Virus record (IMG/VR): IMGVR_UViG_3300005512_000145
Location: 1-34,957 of that record
Direction: 5' to 3' (one strand)
Length of the DNA stretch: 34,957 bases
Origin: a virus
Taxonomy: Duplodnaviria > Caudoviricetes
In this document: piece by piece, positions 1 to 11,003 of the stretch
Position numbering within the stretch: the stretch's first letter is position 1
Layout of the letters: the number at the start of each line of letters is the position of its first letter
Program-made: the position numbers and the translations under genes
The notes under the pieces: model-generated
What the model was told of the DNA's origin: nothing
Seen by the model: the letters and a program-made list of their open reading frames with translations, nothing else
Databases searched by the model: none

Positions 1-336
1 AGATTTAGTAATGCAATAAGAGCAAATGCATTACTTTCGACTAAATTTACTTACAATGGTTTTGATGCATTCTTTGACGATGACGGAAACGGCAATGTAA
101 ATATTTTCAGATATAATGCAAACAAACAAAAAGTCAATATTATAACTAATGCAGGCACAATAAATTATACCACAGGACTTGTTGAAGTTGAAGCATTTGC
201 TCCATCTGCTTACGATGGCATTGAGGTAAAAGTTGATGCTGAACCTGTAAATCTAGATGTCACTCCTGTTCGTGAGCAAATTTTGATTATGCGTGGTTCT
301 GATGCAACAATCTCTGCCATCGCCGAGGTAGGCTAA
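1..336 (+). CDS. gp6: Baseplate wedge subunit gp6, C-terminal fragment (5' truncated by window edge)
   Basis: Not in the ORF track. Frame 1 is open from base 1 to TAA at 334-336 (RFSNAIRANALLSTKFTYNGFDAFFDDDGNGNVNIFRY...NAGTINYTTGLVEV...DVTPVREQILI...). The DDGxGN and GTINYxTG motifs resemble gp6 C-termini of marine T4-like phages, and it lies directly before the gp7-like gene. Confidence 0.75.
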   Translation, partial: RFSNAIRANALLSTKFTYNGFDAFFDDDGNGNVNIFRYNANKQKVNIITNAGTINYTTGLVEVEAFAPSAYDGIEVKVDAEPVNLDVTPVREQILIMRGSDATISAIAEVG

Positions 337-341
337 AAGAA

Positions 342-3300
342 ATGGCTATTGAAGAAAAAATTTCCTCCCTTGTTCAAACACAATTTCCTTCCTTTTATCA
401 AGAAGAGGGAGAAAATTTTATTGCGTTTGTAAAAGCATACTATGAGTGGATGGAAACATCTGGTCAGCAACAGCATGAGTTGAAGAAACTCGAATCATAT
501 AAAGATATTGACCTTACAATCGATGCATACATAGAGTATTTTCGTAGAACTATTCTTGCAGAGATACCAGAAAATGCACTTGCTGATAAAAGAGTTTTAG
601 CGAAAAACATCAAAGACTTTTATCAATCAAAAGGCACACTATCTTCATACAAATTGCTTTTTCGTATTCTCTACAATGAAGATGTAGAAGTAAATTATCC
701 TGCTGACCAGATTCTAAAAGTTTCTGATGGCGATTGGCGTATTGATAGATATCTCGTTACAACACATGACCACAGTAATGTTCAGTTCATAGGAAAAACT
801 ATTAAGGGTAATGATTCTTCTGCTGAAGCCCTAGTTGAAAATGTAATTAAGAGAACAGTTCGTGGTAGAGTTATTGACCAAATTACAGTATCTAATATTA
901 AAGGGTCATTCAATCATTTAGAACCAATCACTCTAAAAGAAAATGGTGGTTCTACTCCACATTCTCCAATCGTTGAAGCAGGTATTAGTAACTTTACAAT
1001 TGTTTCTCCTGGAGGAAGATATAATCCTGGAGATATTGTAGATATTATATCAACTGATAAAGGACAGTTTGGTAAAGTTGTTGTTACACAAACAGTTGAT
1101 TTAGGTGGTGCAGTCACATTCAGTATTATTGATGGTGGTTCTGGATATTCTTCAAGTATTAATGATACGACTACAATTGATTTAGTTGGAGGCGATGGTT
1201 CTGCTCCTGCAAGTTTCACAATTGCAAGAACAGACTTAAATGACACTTTTGCAATCTCGCTAAACACAAATCTTATTTCTAGTAATAACTTGTTTGGCAT
1301 TCTTGCTCCATCGTTTTCTGGCACAGGCAGAATGGATGTATTTGCAAACACTCTACTCGGTAGTCCTCAATTTGGATTTCCTGAAAGCGGAGAAACAACA
1401 ACTCAAGGTGTAAATTTCAGAACAAATGCAAATGCTGTTATTGTTCTTGCTAATACATCTGATCCTGGTGTGATTGTTGGTGATAGTCTTTATGGTGTAA
1501 CATCTGGTGCAAACGGAACTGTGCAAGCAATTAGAAGAGCATATAACAGTGCTAATGTTGTCATTGCACTAGACACATACAAAAACTTTACTGGTGGTGA
1601 AAAAGTAAACAAAGCAACTTCTGGTGGAACAACTGTAGGAACAGTATCACAATTTGCCGCTAACACGATTGGATATCATGTTCTTCAGTTTGGTAACACT
1701 GCTGGACAAGTCGTTGTTGAAGGCAATGAACTTGTGGGTAGAACATCTGGTGCTTTTGGAGTTGTAAAGAAAGTTATTTCTACAGTAGCAAATGGTTACA
1801 GTCGTGGTGTTGGTGGGGCTGACGATAGAGACCTAGTTACTGTTCAAGTTACTTCAAACACAACATCAAATGTATCAAATCAATTTGATGCTGGCCCAAT
1901 GAAAGCATTTATTGAGAATGAAGGACTTAGACTTGTAAGTGCAAACACAACAGTTGGTAATGTCGTATCTACAACATCAAATGCACAGATTGAAAATGTT
2001 CATACCAAATTATCAGATTCACTAATTTTTGCATCTTCTACTATAGGAACAATTTTTCAGTTATCAAATCGTGTTGGTGGTTCTGGATTCTCTGTTGCGC
2101 CAAATGTTATTGTCAAAGATACTGCTGTGGCCGCATTGGGCATCGGTGAACAATATCTTACTCTACACTATGATGACCAGAACTTCAGCACAGGCAACTC
2201 GAATATTCTAGTGATTGATACAAATGATAGAATTGGTCAAGCAAACACTGGTGCGTCTGGTAATGTTAAAGAAAGAGTATCAAGTGGAACATTCTCAAAT
2301 GGCACATACGAAACTGTTGTTCGTGTTTGGCAAGATGACCTTCAAAGAGCGCCCGGAAATATTACTTATTCAAATAATCAATTTGTTGATGTTTATTTCT
2401 ACACATCAGCGGCACAAGATACACTAGAAACTGCTACTAGAAATCCTGGTCTTGCTAAAATTGTAAGTATTCAAGATGAAGGTGTTTTGGGTAACAATGC
2501 AAACATTAATGCTACAGTTGGTGCTAATGGAACTATCACTGCATTGAGACTAGTAGATTCTGGATTTAATCATAAACAAAATGAAACTGTTACTTTGGCA
2601 ACAACAACACATCCAGATGCAACTAGCGCACAAATTCGTTTGACGCTAAGTGATGTTGCTAATGCAGAGGGCTATTATGCATCTTCAAGAAGTCATGTTT
2701 CTACTAAGAGAGGATTTATTCAAGATAGTAGATTCTATCAAGAGTTTTCTTATGAAGTAGAAGCCGCTGTTTCTCTAGGTAGATACAGAGACATTGCTCT
2801 AAGACTTGTTCATCCTGCAGGTCAAGCATTGTTTGGAAAGTTCAAGTCTGCATCTAATGTTGATGTGAATATTGCTGTAACTAATGTTCAAAGAAAGAGA
2901 TTTACTTCAAACGGCACTATTGCAATTACAAAGCCAAAAGCAAGTGGAACGGTTGCTATTACAAATAATACATTTACCATTACTGGCACCTCTACATCAC
3001 TTTCGACACAGTTTGCAAATGGTTCTTCTGCACTTATTGAACCTACTTATAATAAGTTCTTTGAAGTAAGACTAAATAAGTCTAGTAACGCAACTTCAGC
3101 AAATATGTCTTCAGCCTGGCTATATGGCACTATAACGGGTGCTAATATTTACTACGCAAACGCATTTAATATTGTTGGAACTTCAACAACACTGACATCA
3201 GAATTTGCGAATGGAGATATTATTTCTATCGAAACTACGGCAGATGGTTATAGACAGTTACAACTAAATAAAGTTATTAGCGCAACAAGTGCGAATCTTG

Positions 3301-3368
3301 TTGCTAACTGGACACTTCCAGATGTGTCTACTGCTAATGCTTACTATTACTCAGGGAATATCGCATAA
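342..3368 (+). CDS. gp7: Baseplate wedge initiator gp7-like protein (1008 aa)
   Basis: N-terminal QFPSFYQEEG..FVKAYYEWME...IKDFYQSKGT..SYKLLFRILY and C-terminal IQDSRFYQEFSY...LVHPAG..LFG motifs are typical of the gene between gp6 and gp8 in marine T4-like phages; synteny agrees. Confidence 0.75.
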   Translation: MAIEEKISSLVQTQFPSFYQEEGENFIAFVKAYYEWMETSGQQQHELKKLESYKDIDLTIDAYIEYFRRTILAEIPENALADKRVLAKNIKDFYQSKGTLSSYKLLFRILYNEDVEVNYPADQILKVSDGDWRIDRYLVTTHDHSNVQFIGKTIKGNDSSAEALVENVIKRTVRGRVIDQITVSNIKGSFNHLEPITLKENGGSTPHSPIVEAGISNFTIVSPGGRYNPGDIVDIISTDKGQFGKVVVTQTVDLGGAVTFSIIDGGSGYSSSINDTTTIDLVGGDGSAPASFTIARTDLNDTFAISLNTNLISSNNLFGILAPSFSGTGRMDVFANTLLGSPQFGFPESGETTTQGVNFRTNANAVIVLANTSDPGVIVGDSLYGVTSGANGTVQAIRRAYNSANVVIALDTYKNFTGGEKVNKATSGGTTVGTVSQFAANTIGYHVLQFGNTAGQVVVEGNELVGRTSGAFGVVKKVISTVANGYSRGVGGADDRDLVTVQVTSNTTSNVSNQFDAGPMKAFIENEGLRLVSANTTVGNVVSTTSNAQIENVHTKLSDSLIFASSTIGTIFQLSNRVGGSGFSVAPNVIVKDTAVAALGIGEQYLTLHYDDQNFSTGNSNILVIDTNDRIGQANTGASGNVKERVSSGTFSNGTYETVVRVWQDDLQRAPGNITYSNNQFVDVYFYTSAAQDTLETATRNPGLAKIVSIQDEGVLGNNANINATVGANGTITALRLVDSGFNHKQNETVTLATTTHPDATSAQIRLTLSDVANAEGYYASSRSHVSTKRGFIQDSRFYQEFSYEVEAAVSLGRYRDIALRLVHPAGQALFGKFKSASNVDVNIAVTNVQRKRFTSNGTIAITKPKASGTVAITNNTFTITGTSTSLSTQFANGSSALIEPTYNKFFEVRLNKSSNATSANMSSAWLYGTITGANIYYANAFNIVGTSTTLTSEFANGDIISIETTADGYRQLQLNKVISATSANLVANWTLPDVSTANAYYYSGNIA
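2967..3347 (+). repeat. Two tandem 63-aa repeats at the gp7 C-terminus (2967-3155 and 3159-3347)
   Basis: NTFTITGTSTSLSTQFANG...RLNKSSNATSAN...W...ANIYY aligns without gaps to NAFNIVGTSTTLTSEFANG...QLNKVISATSAN...W...ANAYY. Confidence 0.85.
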
Positions 3369-5140
3369 TGGCCGCTTATACTAGTAAAGAAATGAGTGTA
3401 ATGAATGCAAAGGCTTTTATTGAGTCTTTGTCACATGAAGATGGAAGAGTAGCAAAAAACTCTAACATTCTTTATATTGTTCTTGGTAATCAACTTGAAT
3501 ATGCCACAGAACCGACTGCACCAACTCCTATACAAACAGATAAGAATAAGCAAAGAGAAATTTGGAAACAGGCCATTGGTGGTAAAAAGATTACTACTGG
3601 TGATGTAAGTCATGTCGTGCCTCGCTATAACTGGACATCTGGAACAGTATATGCACAATACCGTGACACAGACACAAATTTATATACTCGTCCATTCTAT
3701 GTAATGACAGATGAAAACAATGTATATAAATGTTTGTCAAACAATAAAGGTGCGGCGTCAACAGTAAAACCAGCAGACTTTTCTACTCTTCCTTTTACAA
3801 CAAGTGACGGCTATACTTGGAAGTATATGTATACTATTTCACTTGGTGATGCGGATAAGTTTTTAACTGTATCACATATGCCTGTTAAAACTTTATCTGC
3901 AACAGATGGTTCTGTTGAGGGTGACAGACAACTAGCAGTTCAAAATGCCGCTGTGAACGGTGCTATTGAAGTTATTGAAACAGTAAACGCTGGTTCAGGA
4001 TATCATCAAGTATCGAATGGTGTTGTTGAATCTGCAAGTTCAACTACGATTAGACTTTCAGCGTCTGGTGATAATCCTCCTTCTTCAGTTGATAACTTTT
4101 ATAATGGTTCTAGTATTTACATTACAACAGGAACAGGCGCTGGACAAATTCGTAGAGTTATTGACTATGCTGGTTCTACAAAAACATTTACAGTAAACTC
4201 AGCATTCTCAACAATTGCTAACACAGATTCAAGAGTGGTTGTTTCACCCACAGTAACTATTCGTGGCGATGGACAGGGCGCACTTGCATACTCTGAAGTT
4301 AATGCTTCTGGCCAGATTTCTAATGTTGATATCATTGCTATAGGTAGTCAATACTCTGAAGCAGAAATTATTATCACTGCAAATTCTATTCATGGCTCTG
4401 GTGCTACAGCAAATGCAATCATTTCACCAATTGGTGGACATGGTAAAGATGCTATTCGTGAACTTGGTGCTGACAAAGTTCTCCTGAATGTTCAGTTTGA
4501 AGGTTCTCTAGGTGTTTCTGCTAATGGTAATGGATATATTCCTGCTAATACTGACTTCCGCTCTATCAGTCTACTGAAAGACCCTATTCTAAAGTGTGAT
4601 TCAAACAACAACTTTGTTTCAACAGAGCATGTTGCAAATACATCGAATAGTCCATCTACTCTTAGACTTACAACAAGAGCATTGGTATCATATCAGCAAA
4701 TGGATGGTGACACTCCTGTCAACGCTATCGTTGCTGGAGAGACATTGACAAACGAGAGAATGAGACTTCTTGCTGAAAATGGAACACTTGGTTTCATAAC
4801 TGAATTGAATCCAACAGTCAGAGCAAGTCAATCAGCATCACAAGCCGCTTATGGGGCGAACGGAAATGTTGTGTTTGTAAAGAGGGATGAGACAGAATCC
4901 GATACATCCTTCTATAACATTTATATAAATAATACACAGAGTTTTAGTAATCGTGTTGCGTTTACTAATGCTGACCAAATTTTGAAGAGAGGTAGTGCAA
5001 CAAAGATTGCAACCATTTCTTCAATCAAAGGACCCGAGGCAAATACATTCTCAGGTGAATTTATTTACACAGAGAATGTCCAAAAAGTTACAAGAGATGT
5101 AGAGCAAACAGAAGACATCAAAATCATTCTGGATTTCTAA
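3368..5140 (+). CDS. gp8: Baseplate wedge subunit gp8 (590 aa)
   Basis: gp8 motifs VVPRYNWTSGTVY, FYVMTDENNVYKCL, DGYTWKYMYTI, SPIGGHG and C-terminal SGEFIYTEN...R..EQTEDIKIILDF; TAATG overlap with gp7. Confidence 0.9.
   Translation: MAAYTSKEMSVMNAKAFIESLSHEDGRVAKNSNILYIVLGNQLEYATEPTAPTPIQTDKNKQREIWKQAIGGKKITTGDVSHVVPRYNWTSGTVYAQYRDTDTNLYTRPFYVMTDENNVYKCLSNNKGAASTVKPADFSTLPFTTSDGYTWKYMYTISLGDADKFLTVSHMPVKTLSATDGSVEGDRQLAVQNAAVNGAIEVIETVNAGSGYHQVSNGVVESASSTTIRLSASGDNPPSSVDNFYNGSSIYITTGTGAGQIRRVIDYAGSTKTFTVNSAFSTIANTDSRVVVSPTVTIRGDGQGALAYSEVNASGQISNVDIIAIGSQYSEAEIIITANSIHGSGATANAIISPIGGHGKDAIRELGADKVLLNVQFEGSLGVSANGNGYIPANTDFRSISLLKDPILKCDSNNNFVSTEHVANTSNSPSTLRLTTRALVSYQQMDGDTPVNAIVAGETLTNERMRLLAENGTLGFITELNPTVRASQSASQAAYGANGNVVFVKRDETESDTSFYNIYINNTQSFSNRVAFTNADQILKRGSATKIATISSIKGPEANTFSGEFIYTENVQKVTRDVEQTEDIKIILDF
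4924..4931 (+). promoter_or_regulatory. T4-type late promoter inside gp8, upstream of the VrlC-like gene
   Basis: Exact TATAAATA about 220 nt before the ATG at 5152. Confidence 0.6.
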
Positions 5141-5151
5141 AGGTAAAATAA

Positions 5152-8100
5152 ATGACGATTGAAACAAATCTAAATCAAAGTCCATATTTTGACGATTTCG
5201 CTGAAAATAAAAATTTTCATCGTGTGCTATTTCGTCCTGGATTTGCTGTGCAGGCAAGAGAACTAACACAACTACAGTCTATCCTTCAGAATCAGATTGA
5301 AAGATTTGGTGATGAAATCTTGGTTGATGGAACAATCGTAACTGGTTCTCCTATCAAGACCGAAAAAGTTCAGTATGTTAAACTAAGAGATAGAGATGCT
5401 AACAATCGTGTTATTCTTCTTTCAGACTTCTTCTCTGGTGGAGTTGTAGCAAATGCGACAGTAACTGGCGCAACTTCTGGTATGACTGCACAGTTGATTG
5501 ATGCAAAAGAAGGTTCAGAAGCCGCTAATCCAAACTTCTTCTCAATCTTTGTTCAATATACAAACTCAGGTGCTAATAACACGACAAAGGCATTTACCGA
5601 TAATGAAAGTCTAATTGTTCGTAATCGTTCAGACAACTCTTTCATTGTTGCGGCTAACACAATCGCTTCTAGTGCGACCGGTGAAGGATTTAGAGCCACT
5701 GTTGGTGATGGTATTCTATATCATAAAGGCAACTTCATTCGTGTCGCACCGCAAAGTATTATTGTAAATAAATTTGATAGCACACCTTCTGTTCAGATTG
5801 GTTTTGAAAGCACAGAAACGCTAGTTGATTCAAATCAAGATAGTTCACTTCTTGATAATGCAACGGGTGCAACTAACTTTGCCGCACCTGGTGCTAATCG
5901 TCTAAAAATTACACCCACACTTGTATCTCGTCCTCTCAACTCTGCTAATACAACTACATTCGTTACACTTGCAGAAGTTACAAATGGTCTCGTTACAAAG
6001 AAGAATACAGATACCGTTTACTCAGACCTAGGCAAATATATTGCTGAAAGAACTTATGAAACAAATGGTAACTATGCAGTAAGTCCTTTTAATACTCGTA
6101 TTCGTGAACATCTAAAGTCTGGCACAAATCTTGGTCGTTATTCAGATGGCAACTATCTCAAACTCGTTGCAGAGATTGAAAAGGGTGCTGGTTATGTGAA
6201 CGGAAACAAAGTAGAACTTATCAATCCTTTGTATAAAGATGTTGATAAAGCAACAGACTTTGAAACGAAAGATGCAAGAGTCCTTTCGCAAGGATTTGGC
6301 AACTATGTTATCACAAAAGAGGTTGTTGGCACTTGGGACTTCCAAGGCCTTCGTCAAGTATCTTTGCGTGATGCCGCACAGAAGGGTATTTCAGGAAAGA
6401 ATCTAGGAACACAAGGAGCCCAAGGCTCAGAGATTGGAACTGCAAGGGTTCGTGGCTTTCAGTGGCATAGTGGAACTCCTGGCACATACAATGGTCAGTT
6501 CCGCATCTATCTCTTTGACATTTCAATGAATGCTGGCAAGTCATTCTCAGATGTTCGTGGTATCTATGAGAACAACTCATCTGGTCCTAAGTCAATGGCT
6601 GATATTGTTCTGAATGCGAGTGGAGATGCAAAACTACAAGAGCCTGGTCTAAACACTCTTGTCTTCCCATTCACACAAAAGGGAACAAAACAACTTACAG
6701 ATTCCGCCGGCACAGTTGATACACAGTTCGTCTTTAGAACAGAAAAGACAGTTACTTTTACTGCTGGTCAAGCGACAGTCACAGCAAACTCTGCACACGC
6801 TGGTGGCACAGAAACGCTCAATGAAACCGGAACACCACTCACAAATACTGAAGAGAGAAATATTCTTGTTGTTTCAAAAGCAGAAGCGACAACTGATGCA
6901 CATGCTGGAACAATTACCACAATTTCTGGTAACACAATTACTGGTTCTGGAACTGCATTTGATACTGCATATCAAGTGGGAGATTTCATTCGTATCACTG
7001 ATGGTGGTAACACTTATAATGAAAGAATTACAGAGGTTACAAATAGCACTACAATAAAAGTTGCCAATACTGTCGCTGTAACTCGGGCTGGTGCTACATT
7101 GCCACACAGAACACTATTCCCGACAGGATATATCTTTGACTTGTCTGGCAATGGAACAATTTCGTCTTCTTCTACAACACATTCAATCAATCTACAGCAA
7201 GCAAATCTTTCATCGTTCACTGCTTCTGTATACTTCAATGTGTTGAGAAGTTCTGCGGTTCAGACTGCAAAGACAGTAAACAAAGATAAGTTTGTTCACA
7301 TCAATACAGGTTCAAATCCAGCATCTTCAACTGGTCCTTGGCCTCTTGGTGTATCAGATGTATTCAAACTCGTAGCAGTTTACAAAGGTTCAAACACAGG
7401 TGTTGGAACATCTGACAATGATGTTACTTCACACTTTGAACTAGATACTGGTATGAAAGATGCATTCTACGATACTGCATATCTAAAAAAGAAGCCTACA
7501 AGCACATTGAATACGACCAATGCTGGATTGATGGTAAAGTTCCATCACTTTGGTAGAGACCGTTCACAGGGTATCGGATTCCTTTCTGTAGATTCGTATC
7601 CAATTGATGATGCGAACACAGCAAACACAACTGCTATTACGACACAAGATATTCCAAGATTTACCTCTCCTACGACAGGTAAGACTTTTGACTTGCGTGA
7701 TGCTATCGACTTTAGACCATTCAAGGCAAATACTGTTGCTGTTTCTGCAACTGGCACAGTAGCATCTGCACCTACTAATCCTACTGCATCTTCATCTTTT
7801 AATATTGATGCTGATGGATCATACTTCCCAACACCTGATGAAAACTTTCAGGCTGATGTTCAGTTCTATCTACCTCGTAAAGATAGAATCGTAGTAACAG
7901 ACACAGGTCGTGTTGAAGTTATTAAAGGTGTCGCATCTCTTGCACCAAAAACGCCTGATGAAAAAGCGGGCACAATGACTATTGGTGTTCTAGATATTCC
8001 TGTATATCCGTCACTCTCTTCACAAGTTGCAAGAGAAACTGGCAGAACAGATTATCAAGTCAAGTTGACACTAGAGAATAATCGCAGATACACAATGCGT

Positions 8101-11001
8101 GACTTGAGAGCAATTGAAGACCGTATCAAAAATCTTGAATACTATACTTCACTTAATGCCCTCGAAACAAGTGCAAGAAACAAGCAACTCTTTGGTGATA
8201 CTGGACTTGAAAGATTTAAGAATGGTTTCCTTGTAGAAAACTTTGATGGACACAATCTATCAGATACTACAAAGACTGGATATAAAGCATCTATCGATAG
8301 AAATAGAAACATTCTAAGACCTGCATTCGATAGAACTGATATTCCTCTTGCTAAAGACAAGTCTCTAACATCTACAAATGTTACTAAGACTGGTAACTTG
8401 CTAACACTCTCATATACTCATACTAATGAGATTAGTCAGCCTTTTGCAAGCAAACTTCGTAATCCAGTTCAAGAAATTACATTCAATTGGAAGGGTGAAG
8501 TTGTTCTTGATCCACCGATGGATAATACTCCTGATATTACAACTCTACCTGATATTCAGTTGGACTTTGATGGTATGTATGAAGCGATTGAACTTATTGC
8601 AAATCGCACAGGAATTACTGGCATCGATTGGGGTAACTGGACTACTGTTTCAAGTGTCGAAACTACGCAAGGTAATCAAGTTACCACACAGACTGAACAG
8701 ATTATCAACGGTATTCAAACTTCAATCAGTCCTTCTACACAAACATTCAATATTGGAAACTTTGTAGAGAATGTTGCCGTTCGTGATTTCATGCGTTCTC
8801 GTTTGATTAAGTTTACTGGTATTGGCATGAAGCCAAATACAAGAGTGTTTGCATACTTTGATGATGAACTTGTATCAAGTTTCTGCACACCCGCAAACTC
8901 TTCATTCGCTAACACTGGCATTGAAGGTGCAAATCTTGTAACAGATAGCACAGGAACAGTTTATGGTAACTTTAGACTGCCTAACACAGATAGTCTCAAG
9001 TTCCGTGTAGGAACAAAGAGATTTTCTCTAAAAGATGTTGCAAATACTGTTACTCAATCTGATTTGATTACAACTTCTGCATTTGGTGATTACACAAGCA
9101 TTCCTCTAGATATCACACAAAGAGGTTCTTCTGTTAATCTTGTAACACCACAAATTCAGACAGAAAGAGTTACAGATACTAGAACAGACACAAGCACTGT
9201 TACTGTCAGAGAAGAAGGTGATAATAATAATGACCCTCTATCACAGACATTCACAGTTGACACTGGAGACAACTCTGAAGGTATCTTTGCTACAAAGATT
9301 GGCGTATTCTTTGGTAGAAAGTCAAGCACATATCCAATCACACTTCAGATTCGTGAAGTTGAAAATGGCTTCCCAACTCCAATCGTTCTACCATATGCTT
9401 CTAAGACATTGCAAGCATCTGCTATCTCTGCTAACTCAAGCGGAACTGGCGGCGGAAGTGATGAGACACAGTTCACATTCGACTCACCAGTATTCTTGAA
9501 GTCTGGTAAAGACTACTGTATCACATTGAAGCCTGCAGGTGACAATGATGAATATGCTGTCTGGGTTGGTGAACTTGGTGGCACTGATGTTGATGATAGT
9601 CGTATCATTAATAAACAGCCTGCTTCTGGTGTTCTATTCTCATCTGCTAATGATAAGGCTTGGACTGCAATTCAAGCAGAAGACTTGAAGTTCAATCTAT
9701 ATCGTGCTAACTTCACAACAAGCACTGGCACAGTCTACATTGAAAACGATGATGTTGACTTCTTGAACTTTGATAATATCACAGGAACATTTAATGCTGA
9801 AGAGAAAGTAACTGGTGAATCTGTTCTTGTTGTTGCAAATACACAAGACCTTGCAGTTGGAACCGTCATTAGAAATAAAACAAATGTCGCAAATGGAACA
9901 ATTCGTTCTATCGGAACATATGGCGGTGGTCAAGTTGCTATTAAAATTGACAACTATGGCACATTCCCAACAACGGGCGATGCTGAAAATCTGTATGTTG
10001 GTGCAAGCACATTCGTAGGAAATGTTGTATCGTTTACTGCAAATACCACATCAGGGTTTATTGATTTCTTAGATACAACAAATCTAAGAATGAATGTAAA
10101 AGGCTCCTCTGCGTCATTCGCAAATGGCTACATTCGTGGCACAGTGAGTGGTGCATCTGCTAGAGTTCTAGCCGCTAACAATGTTGTGATGAATGCTCTT
10201 ATTCCTAAGATTCCTCAAGTAACTTATGCAAACACTTCTGCATCTTGGGGTGCTAGACTTACAAGCACTGGCGGAACAATTAGCACATCTTATACCAATA
10301 TCGATTTGGGTGTTGAGAATGAGTTCCGTGATGCTGAAAAGAAAGTCTTCGGCCTTACAAATGAGTCTGGGCTAGCCGCAGTTGGTGGTTCTCAGAAGTC
10401 ACTCATTCTAAAAGGAACACTTTCAACTACAGATACGAAACTATCACCTGTTGTTGACTTGTCAAGAGCAAATGCATATGTTATTGAGAACTTTATTAAC
10501 AACTCATTTAGCACTGAAATCAATGAAGTTGGTAATGCTGATATGAGATACATCTCTAAGCCAATCGAACTTGCTGATGGACAAGATGCTGAAGATATCA
10601 AAATTTATGTAAATGCATACAAGCCTTCTGGCACTGATGTTAAAGTCTACGCCAGAATCCATAATGCTGAAGATGGTCAAGCATTTGAAGATAAAGACTA
10701 CACACTACTCACACAGATTACCGCATCTAATGTAATCTCAGATAGTGTTGATACAACAGACTTCAAAGAGTTTGAGTATGGCTTCTCTGCAAATACAGAT
10801 GGTGATAACTTCCTCGGTTCAAATGCCGATAATCAAGCGAAACTAAATAGTGCTAATAACAATGTTGTATCTTATAGAGATTCAGATGGTGCTGTTTATG
10901 CTACTTACAAGACATTCGCAATTAAGATTGTAATGACAAGTAGCGGAACAAATATTGTGCCTCTTGTCAAAGATATGAGAGCAATTGCACTTCAGAGGTA
11001 A
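5152..11001 (+). CDS. Large virion structural protein, VrlC-like / DUF4815 family (1949 aa), probably peripheral baseplate or fibre attachment
   Basis: N-terminal NLNQSPYFDDF...FHRVLFRPGFAVQARELTQLQSILQNQI, internal RRYTMRD...RIKNLEYYTSL and DPLSQTF, C-terminal FAIKIVM...P.VKDMRAIAL; position right after gp8 as in marine T4-like phages. Confidence 0.8.
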   Translation: MTIETNLNQSPYFDDFAENKNFHRVLFRPGFAVQARELTQLQSILQNQIERFGDEILVDGTIVTGSPIKTEKVQYVKLRDRDANNRVILLSDFFSGGVVANATVTGATSGMTAQLIDAKEGSEAANPNFFSIFVQYTNSGANNTTKAFTDNESLIVRNRSDNSFIVAANTIASSATGEGFRATVGDGILYHKGNFIRVAPQSIIVNKFDSTPSVQIGFESTETLVDSNQDSSLLDNATGATNFAAPGANRLKITPTLVSRPLNSANTTTFVTLAEVTNGLVTKKNTDTVYSDLGKYIAERTYETNGNYAVSPFNTRIREHLKSGTNLGRYSDGNYLKLVAEIEKGAGYVNGNKVELINPLYKDVDKATDFETKDARVLSQGFGNYVITKEVVGTWDFQGLRQVSLRDAAQKGISGKNLGTQGAQGSEIGTARVRGFQWHSGTPGTYNGQFRIYLFDISMNAGKSFSDVRGIYENNSSGPKSMADIVLNASGDAKLQEPGLNTLVFPFTQKGTKQLTDSAGTVDTQFVFRTEKTVTFTAGQATVTANSAHAGGTETLNETGTPLTNTEERNILVVSKAEATTDAHAGTITTISGNTITGSGTAFDTAYQVGDFIRITDGGNTYNERITEVTNSTTIKVANTVAVTRAGATLPHRTLFPTGYIFDLSGNGTISSSSTTHSINLQQANLSSFTASVYFNVLRSSAVQTAKTVNKDKFVHINTGSNPASSTGPWPLGVSDVFKLVAVYKGSNTGVGTSDNDVTSHFELDTGMKDAFYDTAYLKKKPTSTLNTTNAGLMVKFHHFGRDRSQGIGFLSVDSYPIDDANTANTTAITTQDIPRFTSPTTGKTFDLRDAIDFRPFKANTVAVSATGTVASAPTNPTASSSFNIDADGSYFPTPDENFQADVQFYLPRKDRIVVTDTGRVEVIKGVASLAPKTPDEKAGTMTIGVLDIPVYPSLSSQVARETGRTDYQVKLTLENNRRYTMRDLRAIEDRIKNLEYYTSLNALETSARNKQLFGDTGLERFKNGFLVENFDGHNLSDTTKTGYKASIDRNRNILRPAFDRTDIPLAKDKSLTSTNVTKTGNLLTLSYTHTNEISQPFASKLRNPVQEITFNWKGEVVLDPPMDNTPDITTLPDIQLDFDGMYEAIELIANRTGITGIDWGNWTTVSSVETTQGNQVTTQTEQIINGIQTSISPSTQTFNIGNFVENVAVRDFMRSRLIKFTGIGMKPNTRVFAYFDDELVSSFCTPANSSFANTGIEGANLVTDSTGTVYGNFRLPNTDSLKFRVGTKRFSLKDVANTVTQSDLITTSAFGDYTSIPLDITQRGSSVNLVTPQIQTERVTDTRTDTSTVTVREEGDNNNDPLSQTFTVDTGDNSEGIFATKIGVFFGRKSSTYPITLQIREVENGFPTPIVLPYASKTLQASAISANSSGTGGGSDETQFTFDSPVFLKSGKDYCITLKPAGDNDEYAVWVGELGGTDVDDSRIINKQPASGVLFSSANDKAWTAIQAEDLKFNLYRANFTTSTGTVYIENDDVDFLNFDNITGTFNAEEKVTGESVLVVANTQDLAVGTVIRNKTNVANGTIRSIGTYGGGQVAIKIDNYGTFPTTGDAENLYVGASTFVGNVVSFTANTTSGFIDFLDTTNLRMNVKGSSASFANGYIRGTVSGASARVLAANNVVMNALIPKIPQVTYANTSASWGARLTSTGGTISTSYTNIDLGVENEFRDAEKKVFGLTNESGLAAVGGSQKSLILKGTLSTTDTKLSPVVDLSRANAYVIENFINNSFSTEINEVGNADMRYISKPIELADGQDAEDIKIYVNAYKPSGTDVKVYARIHNAEDGQAFEDKDYTLLTQITASNVISDSVDTTDFKEFEYGFSANTDGDNFLGSNADNQAKLNSANNNVVSYRDSDGAVYATYKTFAIKIVMTSSGTNIVPLVKDMRAIALQR

Positions 11002-11003
11002 GC

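Noticed and set aside
6659-7057. Alternate-frame plus-strand ORFs (e.g. 6659-7057, 8426-8767, 16453-16842) as overlapping genes
   Set aside because: L/Q/M-rich translations are what shifted frames of GNN/ACN-biased genes give; no SD or motif support.
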